Positions 21,616 to 30,995 of a stretch of 64,000 nucleotides of DNA are shown piece after piece (positions within the stretch are counted from its first letter, which is position 1; every line of letters begins with the position of its first letter). Under the pieces are notes generated by a model. The model was given only the letters and a program-made list of their open reading frames with translations, had not been told where the DNA came from and made no database searches. This stretch comes from an uncultured Actinomycetes bacterium (lineage in GTDB: Bacteria; Actinomycetota; Thermoleophilia; RBG-16-64-13), in contig CAWJDT010000001.1 in NCBI GenBank assembly GCA_963841735.1, positions 672,001 through 736,000 of the forward strand. Reading direction: 5' to 3'. The position numbers and the translations under genes are program-made.

Positions 21616-22851
21616 ATGGTTGAAGGACGCTATGAGTCTGCTTGTCGGAGTGGAGCGGTCAGGAACGCTCTGGTGATCGGGGCAGGAGTCTCGGGCTGCG
21701 CTTGTGCGGCCGCTCTGGTCGAACGTGGTGTGAGAGTACAGCTGCTCAACAGTGCCCTTGACCGGGTCGGGCATCCGGGATACGGGCCAGAGCTAGTGTC
21801 GGCGGGGGGATGGTCGGCCATTGTCGAGGTTCTTGCAGCTCTTCCGCGGGTTGTTCGGGACGTGTGGGTGGAGGCAGGCGTGGGGCCCGCGGGAGGCGGC
21901 GGGGTTGTGGCTGTCGACCGGCGGAGAATAAGTATCGAACTGAAGCGGAGTCTGGAGTCACTGCCTGAACTGGAACTGCGCCAAGGACTTGTGAACGATG
22001 TGAGGCTCATATCGGCTAGCGGAGAGACGATGGTAGTGGGTGGCGGCCAAGAAGCCGCTGGAGTCGCCGTCGAGACCGTGTTTGGAGAGGTGTTCGAGGC
22101 GGAGGCAGTCGTCCTGGCAGTGGGGCTCGGCTTGGGGGGGCTGGTTGTCTCGGGCCAGGATGTCTTGCCGGGTGGGCGTTCTGGCGAGACCCGGGCGGAC
22201 GGGCTCGTGGGGGCGCTCGAGAGACTGGGAGCGCGAATGTTCGAGATTGAAAATAAGGTTGGGCCCAGATTCGTGCCGAAGGGGCTTGGGGCGAGGGGGC
22301 TCAGGGAAGTGGCGAACTGCGAGGTACATGGAGATCGGACGGGCGTCCAGGGGCGGATGTGCACGGCCGTGCCTCTGTCGGAGATCTTGGGGGAAGACGA
22401 TAGTGCATACGAGGGTACGGGGGGATGGCCCGAGGATTTCCCTCCGGCCCCCCACGGGACGAGAGAGTTGCAGCCGGCCGAGTTGTATGTGGGAGGTGTC
22501 GCGTACTCAGAAGGAGGGCGCTTGGTGTTGCCCGATGGGTGCGCTTTGGGAGAGGTATATGTGTCGCCGGAGCGTGGACCGGAGCAGGCGCGGGATAGCT
22601 GCGGCGACGTGGGCGACCCGAGGGGACACGGCCCCGTAGCCAGTAGGCTGGGTCAGGAAGTAAGGGCGCTTGTCGTCGGGGATTTGGGCCATGCGGGGCG
22701 GCTGTGTGTACAAGGAATGGAAGACTCTCCGATCTGGGTCACGGGGAGGGCCGGAGGGAGTGCGGACTATTTGGAGAGCCTCCGGGCAGGGGTTCTGACG
22801 GCCATCGGCGTCGCGGGGGCTCTTGACGGCCTGAGTGAAGCAACGCGGTGA
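21616..22851 (+). CDS. Short divergent MnmG/GidA-like FAD-binding protein
   Basis: VIGAGVSG, VDRRRI..LESLPELELRQG, GGRSGE and TGRAGGSADYLESLRAG align with the GidA FAD domain. No C-terminal domain. Confidence 0.7.
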   Translation: MVEGRYESACRSGAVRNALVIGAGVSGCACAAALVERGVRVQLLNSALDRVGHPGYGPELVSAGGWSAIVEVLAALPRVVRDVWVEAGVGPAGGGGVVAVDRRRISIELKRSLESLPELELRQGLVNDVRLISASGETMVVGGGQEAAGVAVETVFGEVFEAEAVVLAVGLGLGGLVVSGQDVLPGGRSGETRADGLVGALERLGARMFEIENKVGPRFVPKGLGARGLREVANCEVHGDRTGVQGRMCTAVPLSEILGEDDSAYEGTGGWPEDFPPAPHGTRELQPAELYVGGVAYSEGGRLVLPDGCALGEVYVSPERGPEQARDSCGDVGDPRGHGPVASRLGQEVRALVVGDLGHAGRLCVQGMEDSPIWVTGRAGGSADYLESLRAGVLTAIGVAGALDGLSEATR

Positions 22852-24797
22852 AGGGGACCCAAGGAGCAACGGGTTATGACGTGGTTGTTGTCGGGGGAGG
22901 CCATGCGGGGGCAGAGGCAGCGTTGGCAGCCGCCCGGATGGGGTGTCGCACGGCCATGGTCGCTTTGCATTTGGACAACATCGCGCTCATGCCATGCAAT
23001 CCTGCGGTGGGAGGGGTTGGAAAGGGTCAGCTGACTCGGGAAGTCGATGCGCTTGGCGGCGAGCAAGGCCGAAACACCGATCGAGCCTTCGTTCAGATCA
23101 AGATGCTGAACACCTCGAAGGGGCCGGCGGTGCGGGCACTGCGCGCACAGACCGACAAGCGGCTTTACGAGGACTGGATGAAGGTGGTTCTCAGCCGCAC
23201 CCCGAAGCTGGACTTGATACAGGGCGAGGCAGTTGCCCTGATTGTTTCACGTGAAACAATCAGGGGAATCGCTCTTGCGGACGGCCGGAGGCTTGGCTGT
23301 CGCTCGCTCGTCCTGGCGACGGGGACGTTTCTTAGGGGCAAAGTCGTCATCGGTGACAGGAGCCACTCAGCGGGCAGGGTGGGTGAACTTCCCGCCCAGA
23401 GACTGTCCGAGAGTATCCTTCGCGCGGGGCTTGAGCTGGGCCGTTTCCAGTCGGCGACGCCCCCCCGGGTGGATGGCCGCACGATCGACCCAGAACGGAT
23501 GCTCCTACAAGAAGGCGACGCTGTCCCCCGTTCCTTCTCCCACTGGCAGTCACCAGCGCCGCGGAGACAATTGCCCTGCTACTTGACCCACACCACACCC
23601 GCCACGCATGAAGTGGTCCAGCGCCACCTCCACTTGAGCCCTCTGAAGAGCGGCTCTGTGAGCGGCAAGGGCCCTCGGTACTGTCCCTCCATCGACAGGA
23701 AACTGATCAACTTTCCTGAGAGAGAGCAGCATCCTGTGTTCGTGGAGCCCGAAGGGGTTACCACTTCGGAGATGTATCTCCAAGGCCTGACGACGAGTCT
23801 CCCGGTGTTCGTCCAGGAGATGATCATCAAGGCCACACCAGGGCTAGAACACGCTCGACTCGTGCGGCCGGGGTACGCCGTCGAATATGATTACCTGCCC
23901 CCGGAGCAGTTGACCGTCGCCCTTCAGACCAAGGCGGTGGCGGGGTTGTTCAGCGCGGGCCAACTCAACGGGACGTCCGGCTATGAAGAGGCAGCCGCCC
24001 AGGGTCTCATGGCTGGAATCAACGCAGCGTTGCACGCAAGAAACGAACCACCGTTCATCTTGAGACGTGACCAAGCCTATATAGGGGTTCTCATCGACGA
24101 CCTGGTCACAAAGGGAGTGGACGAACCCTACCGCATGTTCACTTCGCGAGCGGAGCACCGGCTTCTGCTTCGGCACGACAACGCAGCGGAAAGGCTTTCT
24201 CACCTAGGTCACAGCCTCGGCCTCATCAGCAATGAGCAGTTGGCCGTCGTGGAAGAGAAACAGCGTCAAGTGCGCGAACTCACGGAACTGCTCGACACGG
24301 TGCAGGTGCGGTCTGACGACACCAGTGATCGAGTTCTCGAGGCGCTGGGCACAACCGCGCTTGAAGAATCACAGTCTGCGGCTAAGGTCTTGCGTAGGCC
24401 CCAGGTGTCCTTCGCGGATCTGCGGGAATTGCTGCCTGCATCCGTTATGGAACAGCTCGCCTCGACTCCACCGGAAGTCGTAGAGCAACTAGACATCTGT
24501 GCCCGGTACGAAGGCTACATACGCCGGCAGACCGCCGAGATCAAAAGGCATCGTGCGACAGAGACCATGCAGGTGCCAGGGGACTTCGACTACTGGGCTC
24601 TGGACGGACTGACCTATGAGGCCAAGGACAAGCTGACTCGCCTTCGGCCCGCCACGCTGGGCCAAGCATCCCGGATGCCCGGCGTATCGCCGGCGGATAT
24701 CTCCGTTTTGCTGGTATACCTGCATAGGGCTCTGGCCGAGGTGAGGGTCTCGAAGACGAACGCCAATCGGCCTGCAGAAGATCGGGAGCAAGTGTGA
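22848..24797 (+). CDS. mnmG: tRNA uridine-5-carboxymethylaminomethyl(34) enzyme MnmG
   Basis: GGGHAGAEAA, MPCNPAVGG, GPRYCPSI, AGQLNGTSGYEEAAAQG and EPYRMFTSRAE. Confidence 0.97.
   Translation: MKGTQGATGYDVVVVGGGHAGAEAALAAARMGCRTAMVALHLDNIALMPCNPAVGGVGKGQLTREVDALGGEQGRNTDRAFVQIKMLNTSKGPAVRALRAQTDKRLYEDWMKVVLSRTPKLDLIQGEAVALIVSRETIRGIALADGRRLGCRSLVLATGTFLRGKVVIGDRSHSAGRVGELPAQRLSESILRAGLELGRFQSATPPRVDGRTIDPERMLLQEGDAVPRSFSHWQSPAPRRQLPCYLTHTTPATHEVVQRHLHLSPLKSGSVSGKGPRYCPSIDRKLINFPEREQHPVFVEPEGVTTSEMYLQGLTTSLPVFVQEMIIKATPGLEHARLVRPGYAVEYDYLPPEQLTVALQTKAVAGLFSAGQLNGTSGYEEAAAQGLMAGINAALHARNEPPFILRRDQAYIGVLIDDLVTKGVDEPYRMFTSRAEHRLLLRHDNAAERLSHLGHSLGLISNEQLAVVEEKQRQVRELTELLDTVQVRSDDTSDRVLEALGTTALEESQSAAKVLRRPQVSFADLRELLPASVMEQLASTPPEVVEQLDICARYEGYIRRQTAEIKRHRATETMQVPGDFDYWALDGLTYEAKDKLTRLRPATLGQASRMPGVSPADISVLLVYLHRALAEVRVSKTNANRPAEDREQV
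23243..23258. promoter_or_regulatory. parS centromere site
   Basis: Perfect TGTTTCACGTGAAACA, extending to a 20-bp palindrome at 23241-23260, inside mnmG and near parAB. Confidence 0.9.
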
Positions 24798-25528
24798 AAC
24801 TGGCCGAGACAGCCGCGTATGAGTCCTACGGTTTGGATGCCAGAGCGCAGGATCGTCTATCAGTTCTGGGTGACATCCTACTGGACGCCGTTCACAACGT
24901 AACCAGTGTCACCGAGCCAACGGAGATCGAGCGCATACACTTCCTGGACTCGCTGTCCCTTCTCGCGCTCCCGATAGTTTCCGATGCCACCAATCTCGCC
25001 GACATCGGATCTGGGGGCGGTCTGCCGGCGCTGGTTTTGGCTCTGGCGCGGCCAGGAATGAAGGTGACGGCAATAGAGTCACAGCACAAGAAGTGTGAGC
25101 ATATTCAGAGAGCGGCCGCGGCCCTCGAGCTAGACAACGTGCACGTGTGTTGCGCGCGGGTGGAGGACTACGCGGGCAAGGAAGGGCGGGCTGCTCATGA
25201 TGTCGCGGTTAGTCGTGCGGTGGCCACTCTGCCTGTGTTGGCCGAGTACTCGCTGCCGCTTCTGCGAGTGGGCGGAACGATGGTCGCGATGAAGGGCCCA
25301 ATATCAGACCAAGAGCGCACCCGAGCCGTCAGTGCGCTCGCTATACTAGGCGCGGATCGGCTGGAAGTCTTTCGCTCGGATCCCTTCGTGGGCGCTCGTG
25401 ATCGCTGGTTCTATGTGGCCGAGAAGATGCGAGCAACTCCTGATGGGTATCCGCGCCGGTCCGGGGTCCCGGTCAAACGGCCGCTTGGACAGCTCGAGCC
25501 GCGGCGACAAGAAGGGAAAGCACTCTGA
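24794..25528 (+). CDS. rsmG: 16S rRNA m7G527 methyltransferase
   Basis: HFLDSL, DIGSGGGLP, SRAVA and YPRRSG. Confidence 0.95.
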   Translation: MKLAETAAYESYGLDARAQDRLSVLGDILLDAVHNVTSVTEPTEIERIHFLDSLSLLALPIVSDATNLADIGSGGGLPALVLALARPGMKVTAIESQHKKCEHIQRAAAALELDNVHVCCARVEDYAGKEGRAAHDVAVSRAVATLPVLAEYSLPLLRVGGTMVAMKGPISDQERTRAVSALAILGADRLEVFRSDPFVGARDRWFYVAEKMRATPDGYPRRSGVPVKRPLGQLEPRRQEGKAL

Positions 25529-26286
25529 TTTACGCCATTTCCAACCAGAAGGGCGGGGTGGGCAAGACCACGACCGCCATCAATCTGTCGGCGAGCATCT
25601 CGCAGTCTGGTGAGCGTGTCTTGCTGGTGGACATGGATCCCCAGGCCAATGCCTCCCATGGGTTGGGCGTGCGCGTGGAGTCGGGTGAGCCCGCGGTTCT
25701 GGACGTGCTATTGGGCGAAAAGAGCCTGGCCTCGATAATCCGGCCCTCCTCGGTGGTGGGGCTTGACTTGGCACCGTCGTCGAGCGACATGGCCGGGGCA
25801 AGTGTCATGCTGCCCACCCTCGAAAGGCGCGAGTTCCGTCTGCGGGATGTCCTGGTCGAGGAACTGCCCACTCTGGACTACACCTATGTCTTTGTGGATT
25901 GTCCCCCCTCGCTGGGCCTGTTGACGGTGAACTCCCTGGTGGCCGCCGATCAGGTGATAATTCCAGTGCAGGCTGAGTATTTCGCTCTGGAAGGACTGGC
26001 TCAGCTCATGTCGACTATTTCCGCTGTCAAGGAACGGCTCAATCCCTCGCTGAAGATCGCCGGTCTGGTGTTGACCATGGTGGACTACCGTACAACTCTC
26101 GCCCGGGATGTCGAGCAGGAGATTAGAAGCCACTTTCCGAGCCTCAGCTACAAGACGATCGTGCCGCGCAACGTCAGGCTGGCCGAGGCGCCCAGCCACG
26201 GTGTGCCTGTGTCAGTGCTCGATCCGCACTGCAACGGATCGGACGCCTACTTCTACCTTGCGATGGAGGTTGTCGAGCATGGCTAA
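25525..26286 (+). CDS. parA: Chromosome partitioning ATPase ParA/Soj
   Basis: IYAISNQKGGVGKTT begins upstream of the tracked GTG; DPQAN, DCPPSLG and PRNVRLAEAPSHG. The apparent start is CTG at 25525. Confidence 0.93.
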   Translation: MIYAISNQKGGVGKTTTAINLSASISQSGERVLLVDMDPQANASHGLGVRVESGEPAVLDVLLGEKSLASIIRPSSVVGLDLAPSSSDMAGASVMLPTLERREFRLRDVLVEELPTLDYTYVFVDCPPSLGLLTVNSLVAADQVIIPVQAEYFALEGLAQLMSTISAVKERLNPSLKIAGLVLTMVDYRTTLARDVEQEIRSHFPSLSYKTIVPRNVRLAEAPSHGVPVSVLDPHCNGSDAYFYLAMEVVEHG

Positions 26287-27175
26287 AAGGCCGGGTTTGG
26301 GCCGGGGGCTCGCCGCTCTTCTGGGCGAAGGCGATACACCAGAGGCCGCTGTGGGAATCGAGACTTCGGCCGAGCAGTCGCTTTCAGGCGGGGGCGGCGT
26401 GACCGATCTTCCGGTGAATCTGATCCGAAGGAACCCGAGGCAGCCGCGCAGGGCATTTGATGCCCAAGCTCTCGAGGAACTCGCCATGTCAATCGCCGCC
26501 GTAGGCGTAGTGCAACCGGTGATTGTCAGGGCTAGCGGAGACGGGTATGAGCTCATTGCCGGGGAGCGTCGTTGGAGGGCAGCACAAAGGGCTGGCTTTA
26601 CCGCTATTCCTGCGATTGTGCGTATCGCTTCCGATGTGGAGAGTCTCGAACTGGCGCTGATCGAGAACGTAGTGCGGCAGAACTTGAACCCCGTCGACGA
26701 GGCATACGCTCTGAAGGTCCTGCTTGAAGATTTGGGAGTCACTCAGGAGAGCTTGGCATCCAGGGTGGGCAAGAGCCGCTCGGCCATCGCAAACAAGATC
26801 CGTCTTCTTGAGCTACCGGCTGCCGTGCAGGAATCATTGGCGGGCGGCGCCCTCTCCGAAGGTCACGGCCGCGCTCTTCTCGGTCTCCCGGATAAGGGCA
26901 GCCAGCTCCAGCTGGCGCGGAAAGTTTTAGAGAAGGGGATGTCGGTCCGCCAAGTAGAAGAAGAAGTGCGCCGCCATGCCGAGGGGGCCAAGAGCCAACC
27001 CGCCCGTGAGAGTCCCGCCCTCGACGAGGAGCTTGTCGACGAGGTTAGGGACTCCCTGCTGAGCCTTCTTGGGGTGACCCCCAGGGTTAAGAGTAAAGGC
27101 GCGGGGGGTGTTGTCGAACTACCCTTCGAGAACGCAGATGGGCTTCGCCGGCTCGCCGAGCGCTTGCGCTCCTAG
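26279..27175 (+). CDS. parB: Chromosome partitioning protein ParB/Spo0J
   Basis: GLGRGLAALL, NPRQPR, AGERRWRA, ENVVR and an HTH. Confidence 0.96.
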   Translation: MAKRPGLGRGLAALLGEGDTPEAAVGIETSAEQSLSGGGGVTDLPVNLIRRNPRQPRRAFDAQALEELAMSIAAVGVVQPVIVRASGDGYELIAGERRWRAAQRAGFTAIPAIVRIASDVESLELALIENVVRQNLNPVDEAYALKVLLEDLGVTQESLASRVGKSRSAIANKIRLLELPAAVQESLAGGALSEGHGRALLGLPDKGSQLQLARKVLEKGMSVRQVEEEVRRHAEGAKSQPARESPALDEELVDEVRDSLLSLLGVTPRVKSKGAGGVVELPFENADGLRRLAERLRS

Positions 27176-27306
27176 AGCGGTCTAGCTGACCTCGCCGGAA
27201 CCGAGCGTCCCTCGCAGGGCGTCCGACGGACTGCAATTGCCGTAGCACCTTGACGAAACTGACGGCTCGGTGGGGCAGCAGAACCCTGGCGAGGAAAGGA
27301 ACCATC

Positions 27307-28176
27307 ATGAAGACAGGAAGAACGTTGGGCATTTCGGGGAATGGGCAGCCCGAGACCAAGGCTTGGGGGCGTCGCGGCTCTGGGCTACGGGGCCGCGGTT
27401 GGCGGGTGCTGCTCACCGCCGGTCTGATGGTAGTGGTTATTCTGACGGCGTTGATCGTCTCCGGATGTGGGGGCTCGTCTGACGTCGTCGCGGTGACGAC
27501 CGGGGGTACTACCGCGTCAGGGACAGTCGGCGCGCTCAACACGATCACGGTCACCGGAAGGGCTACCGAGAGCAGCGCGCCGGACGAGGCCGTTCTTACA
27601 TTGACCGTGGAGAGCGACGGAGCCGATCCTGGGGCCTCCCTGAACACCAATTCAGAAGCGGTTCAGAAGGTACTGGATCGGTTGAAGAGCGAAGGTGTGG
27701 CAGCCGACAAGATCGAGACTGCAAACGTCTCCATCTACCCCATTCGCACCTACAACCCAGATACCGGCCAAGAGAAGACCACGGGGTATCGCTCGCAGAA
27801 CACCGTGACTGTGACGCTGGCGGATGCAGAGCAAGTGGGTAAGGTGCTCTCCGCGGCAGTGGAGGCCGGTGCCAACATCGTTTCGGGCCCTGTGTGGAGG
27901 CTGTCTGACGATACGGCGGCTGTTGCCGAGGCACTCAAGAAGGCGGTAGCGAACGCCCGCACCAAGGCGGATGCTCTTGCTGAGGCTCAGGGCGTCAAGG
28001 TCGGCGATGCGCTCATGATGAACGAGAGCAACGTGGAGCTGCCCGCATATCCGATCTACGCCAACTATGAGGCGGATATGGCCTCTCGGTCCGCCGGAGT
28101 AGTGGCCACGCCCATCAGCGCCGCGAGTCTGGACGTGACCGCGACGGTGACCATCACCTACGCGTTGGCCCGGTAG
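27307..28176 (+). CDS. SIMPL (DUF541) domain lipoprotein
   Basis: Lipobox VSGC, ITVTGRA..APDEA, GYRSQNTVTV and AVEAGAN. Start uncertain. Confidence 0.85.
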   Translation: MKTGRTLGISGNGQPETKAWGRRGSGLRGRGWRVLLTAGLMVVVILTALIVSGCGGSSDVVAVTTGGTTASGTVGALNTITVTGRATESSAPDEAVLTLTVESDGADPGASLNTNSEAVQKVLDRLKSEGVAADKIETANVSIYPIRTYNPDTGQEKTTGYRSQNTVTVTLADAEQVGKVLSAAVEAGANIVSGPVWRLSDDTAAVAEALKKAVANARTKADALAEAQGVKVGDALMMNESNVELPAYPIYANYEADMASRSAGVVATPISAASLDVTATVTITYALAR

Positions 28177-28287
28177 GTCTCCGGAGGCACTTCCCTTGCC
28201 CGGCGGCACGCCCCGCAGGTGTCCAGTGGCTCCGCGGAGCTGCCGCCGGGTCTATTGGCCAGGAGCGTCTTGCTATATGATGGCCTC

Positions 28288-28602
28288 ATGGGTTACTCGA
28301 CTTCAGTCGTAGAGGGGCCAGGGGGGGCACCGTGGTCGGTGTTGCTCAGAGTCAATCTGACCCGAGCCGAGAGCAACGATCTGTTCTTGTCTGGAGACTC
28401 AATGGTGTCGTGGCCCGTGGACGGGCTCCAGTCGAGTGCTCAGGAAGAGTCGAAGTTGGAGCGCAGCGGGATGTTTGTGTCGGAAGTGGCGGCACATGCC
28501 GAAGGTCTTACCATCAGCTATGGTGAGCGGGGCCAGGCCGAACGGGCGGCCTCTTTCTTGCGCTACCAGTTTGCCCAAATCGGAATCGAAGAGGAGACAT
28601 AG
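28288..28602 (+). CDS. Hypothetical protein
   Basis: ATG 6 nt after TATGAT; the stop abuts the next gene, which has an RBS. Confidence 0.65.
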   Translation: MGYSTSVVEGPGGAPWSVLLRVNLTRAESNDLFLSGDSMVSWPVDGLQSSAQEESKLERSGMFVSEVAAHAEGLTISYGERGQAERAASFLRYQFAQIGIEEET

Positions 28603-28962
28603 GTGGCGGAATCCAGGGACGGCTCGCGGGATGATCCTTTTCGAGACGCGCTGGCGGAGTATCTGGCGATCCCTGGGATGGAGGCGGCTCTACTAGTCTC
28701 AGACCAGGGCCTTCTGATCAGTTGCGTAGCGCATGACGGCGTCGATACCGCGAGCATCGCCGCTTTGGCCATCGACACCGTGGCGACCGTCCAGCGCTTC
28801 GGGCTTCAGGTTCAGGCCGGGTATCTGGACACAATGAGAATCGAGTTCAACAAGCTCACGGTGGTGTTGGCTCCCTTCGCCCAGGATGTGATGTTGGTGC
28901 TGGTGGCGGCTGCCGGTTCGCTGGGAGCGATGTCCGGTGATCTGACACCGCTGGTGGCGTGA
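28603..28962 (+). CDS. Roadblock/LC7 (MglB-like) protein
   Basis: IPGMEAALLVSDQGLLI...DTASIAAL...MRIEF...LVLVA. Confidence 0.85.
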   Translation: MAESRDGSRDDPFRDALAEYLAIPGMEAALLVSDQGLLISCVAHDGVDTASIAALAIDTVATVQRFGLQVQAGYLDTMRIEFNKLTVVLAPFAQDVMLVLVAAAGSLGAMSGDLTPLVA

Positions 28963-29128
28963 CTCTGGCGTACAACGGGGTTGCGCGACCGAGACCGTCT
29001 AGCTTGAGCGTCGCTCGGCGAGGGGCTTAGACGTCCGTACTCGTCCTGCGCCTCGGCGGGCGAGCGGGCATGCCGGGTGAGTCTCAGTCGCCTGCAACCG
29101 ATCGGCGAGGAGGAGGCGAGTAGGCCAG

Positions 29129-29650
29129 ATGCTAGGTGTAGGAAGGATCATCGTCAATACGGGCGACGGCAAGGGCAAGACCACCGCCGCTTTCGGGATC
29201 GCTCTCCGAGCATCGGGGCACGGTCTGAAGATAGCTGTGGTTCAGTTCATCAAAGGCACATGGAACTACGGCGAGACGCGAGCCTTGGAGGCATTGCCGA
29301 ATATCGAGATAACGCGCATCGGCTCAGGGTTCACGTGGCTGGCCGACGACCCCTCCCTGCCCAAGGGACTGGCGGAGCAGGCCTGGGAACTGGCGACCGA
29401 GCTGGCCCTCTCCGACCGGTACGATCTGCTTATCCTTGATGAGCTCAACTACGCTATTGCAGAGGGTTACATCAAGGTGGAAGATGTCCTAGCGATGCTT
29501 GCTGCAAAGCCTCAACGGCTGTCGTTGGTTATCACGGGTCGCGACGCTCCGCTCGAATTGATCGATGCGGCCGACACCGTCACCGAGATGCGTTGCATCA
29601 AGCACGCATTCGGGCAGGGCGTCCCGGCTCGCCGGGGGATAGAGTACTAG
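29129..29650 (+). CDS. cobO: Cob(I)alamin adenosyltransferase CobO/BtuR
   Basis: TGDGKGKTTAA, QFIKG, LDELN, ITGR and ARRGIEY. Confidence 0.93.
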   Translation: MLGVGRIIVNTGDGKGKTTAAFGIALRASGHGLKIAVVQFIKGTWNYGETRALEALPNIEITRIGSGFTWLADDPSLPKGLAEQAWELATELALSDRYDLLILDELNYAIAEGYIKVEDVLAMLAAKPQRLSLVITGRDAPLELIDAADTVTEMRCIKHAFGQGVPARRGIEY

Positions 29651-29753
29651 CGAAGCTTGCCTCGGTGCAACTTAGTGGTCAGACCATCCGACCACCTTGG
29701 AAGTACGACCGTCGGTATGCCGTAAACCGGTGCTTGTCGGGACGTTCTTGAGC

Positions 29754-30995
29754 CTATTCTTCTTTGGGTTCAGCGGCCGATGAGGCGCGTGCAGCCAACT
29801 GGCCGCACGCAGCTTGTATGTCCGCTCCCTTGCTGCGCCGGACGACGGTCTCGATATGCGCTTCGAGCAACGTCTCGCGGAACGCCGCCACTGTTGCCGG
29901 CAGGCTCGGTTGAAACCGGGAGAAACGTGAGTCGGCGCCGCCGGAGTCAGACCCTCGTCCGGGGCCGGGGTCACGGGCTGTGGGATTGCGCGAACCACGC
30001 AGCGCGCGTTCGGTCGAACTCAAGTTGGTCCCCTCTCGCGGGGGCTTGCCCGCGGGTGGGTCCAGCAGGCTGCCTGCCGCTAGGCCGGCGACTGGATTCC
30101 AGACCAGAAGGTTGACCGCTACCACGTGACCACGCAGGAGGCCTGCCAGCCTCTTGGCGTGGTCGATCGAGTCGTTGACGCCGCGCAGCAGCACGTATTC
30201 CACAAGCAGCTTGCGATGGGTGATCGCAAAGTGTTGCCAGGCCGCCATCAATATCTCAGCGAGTGGGTGGAGGTACTTCTTGGGTATGAGGCGCGCACGC
30301 GTGTAGTCGTCCGCGGCATGCAGGGAAAGCGCGAGGTTGACCTGGGGCTCCGTATTGGCGAGTCGGATGATCCCGCTGGGGATACCGACGGTAGACACCG
30401 AAAGCGCGCGGTGGGCAACGGCCATCCCCTTGGGGTCGGTGAATATACGGATGGAATCCAGCACGGCTTGAAGATTGAGGAGGGGCTCGCCCATGCCCAT
30501 ATATACGATGTTGGAGATCCGGCGGCCTTCGTCCAGGGCCAGGGCAGAAACCGCTCGTGCCTGGTCCACGATCTCCGCGGTGCACAGGTTGCGGCGGAAG
30601 CCCAGGGCTCCAGTGGCGCAGAAGACGCAGCCCACCGGGCAGCCCGCCTGGCTGGATATGCAGAGGGTGACGCGCTTCTGGTAGGGCATCATGACGGTCT
30701 CAAGGAGTGCGCCGTCGCGGGCGCGAAGCAGCAGCTTGGTCGTACCGTCGGAGGCAGTCCGCGTCTCAACCGGAGCGAGATAGGACGCTTCGAGACTGTC
30801 GAGGGCCTGCCGGATGTCCGCCGGCAAGGCGCTGGCTTGTACGAAGGGCTGAAGGGGCCGCCGGACCAGGTGTTCGTAGACTTGGTCGTAGCGATACGCG
30901 GGGACCCCCGCGCGATCTAGGGCGTCGCGCAAATCGGGACGGTAGAGCGCGAGCAAGCCCCCCGGGAGGGAATCTGTGGTCTCTTGTTTACGCAC
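29754..30995 (-). CDS. rlmN: 23S rRNA/tRNA m2A radical-SAM methyltransferase
   Basis: CISSQAGCPVGCVFCATG, MGMGEP, SLHA and AACGQL; contains an insert of about 50 aa. Confidence 0.93.
   Translation of the reverse strand: MRKQETTDSLPGGLLALYRPDLRDALDRAGVPAYRYDQVYEHLVRRPLQPFVQASALPADIRQALDSLEASYLAPVETRTASDGTTKLLLRARDGALLETVMMPYQKRVTLCISSQAGCPVGCVFCATGALGFRRNLCTAEIVDQARAVSALALDEGRRISNIVYMGMGEPLLNLQAVLDSIRIFTDPKGMAVAHRALSVSTVGIPSGIIRLANTEPQVNLALSLHAADDYTRARLIPKKYLHPLAEILMAAWQHFAITHRKLLVEYVLLRGVNDSIDHAKRLAGLLRGHVVAVNLLVWNPVAGLAAGSLLDPPAGKPPREGTNLSSTERALRGSRNPTARDPGPGRGSDSGGADSRFSRFQPSLPATVAAFRETLLEAHIETVVRRSKGADIQAACGQLAARASSAAEPKEE

Noticed and set aside
28963-29128. Cobalamin riboswitch upstream of cobO
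   Set aside because: No AGGGAA or B12-box consensus is visible; it is reported only as an unclassified structure.
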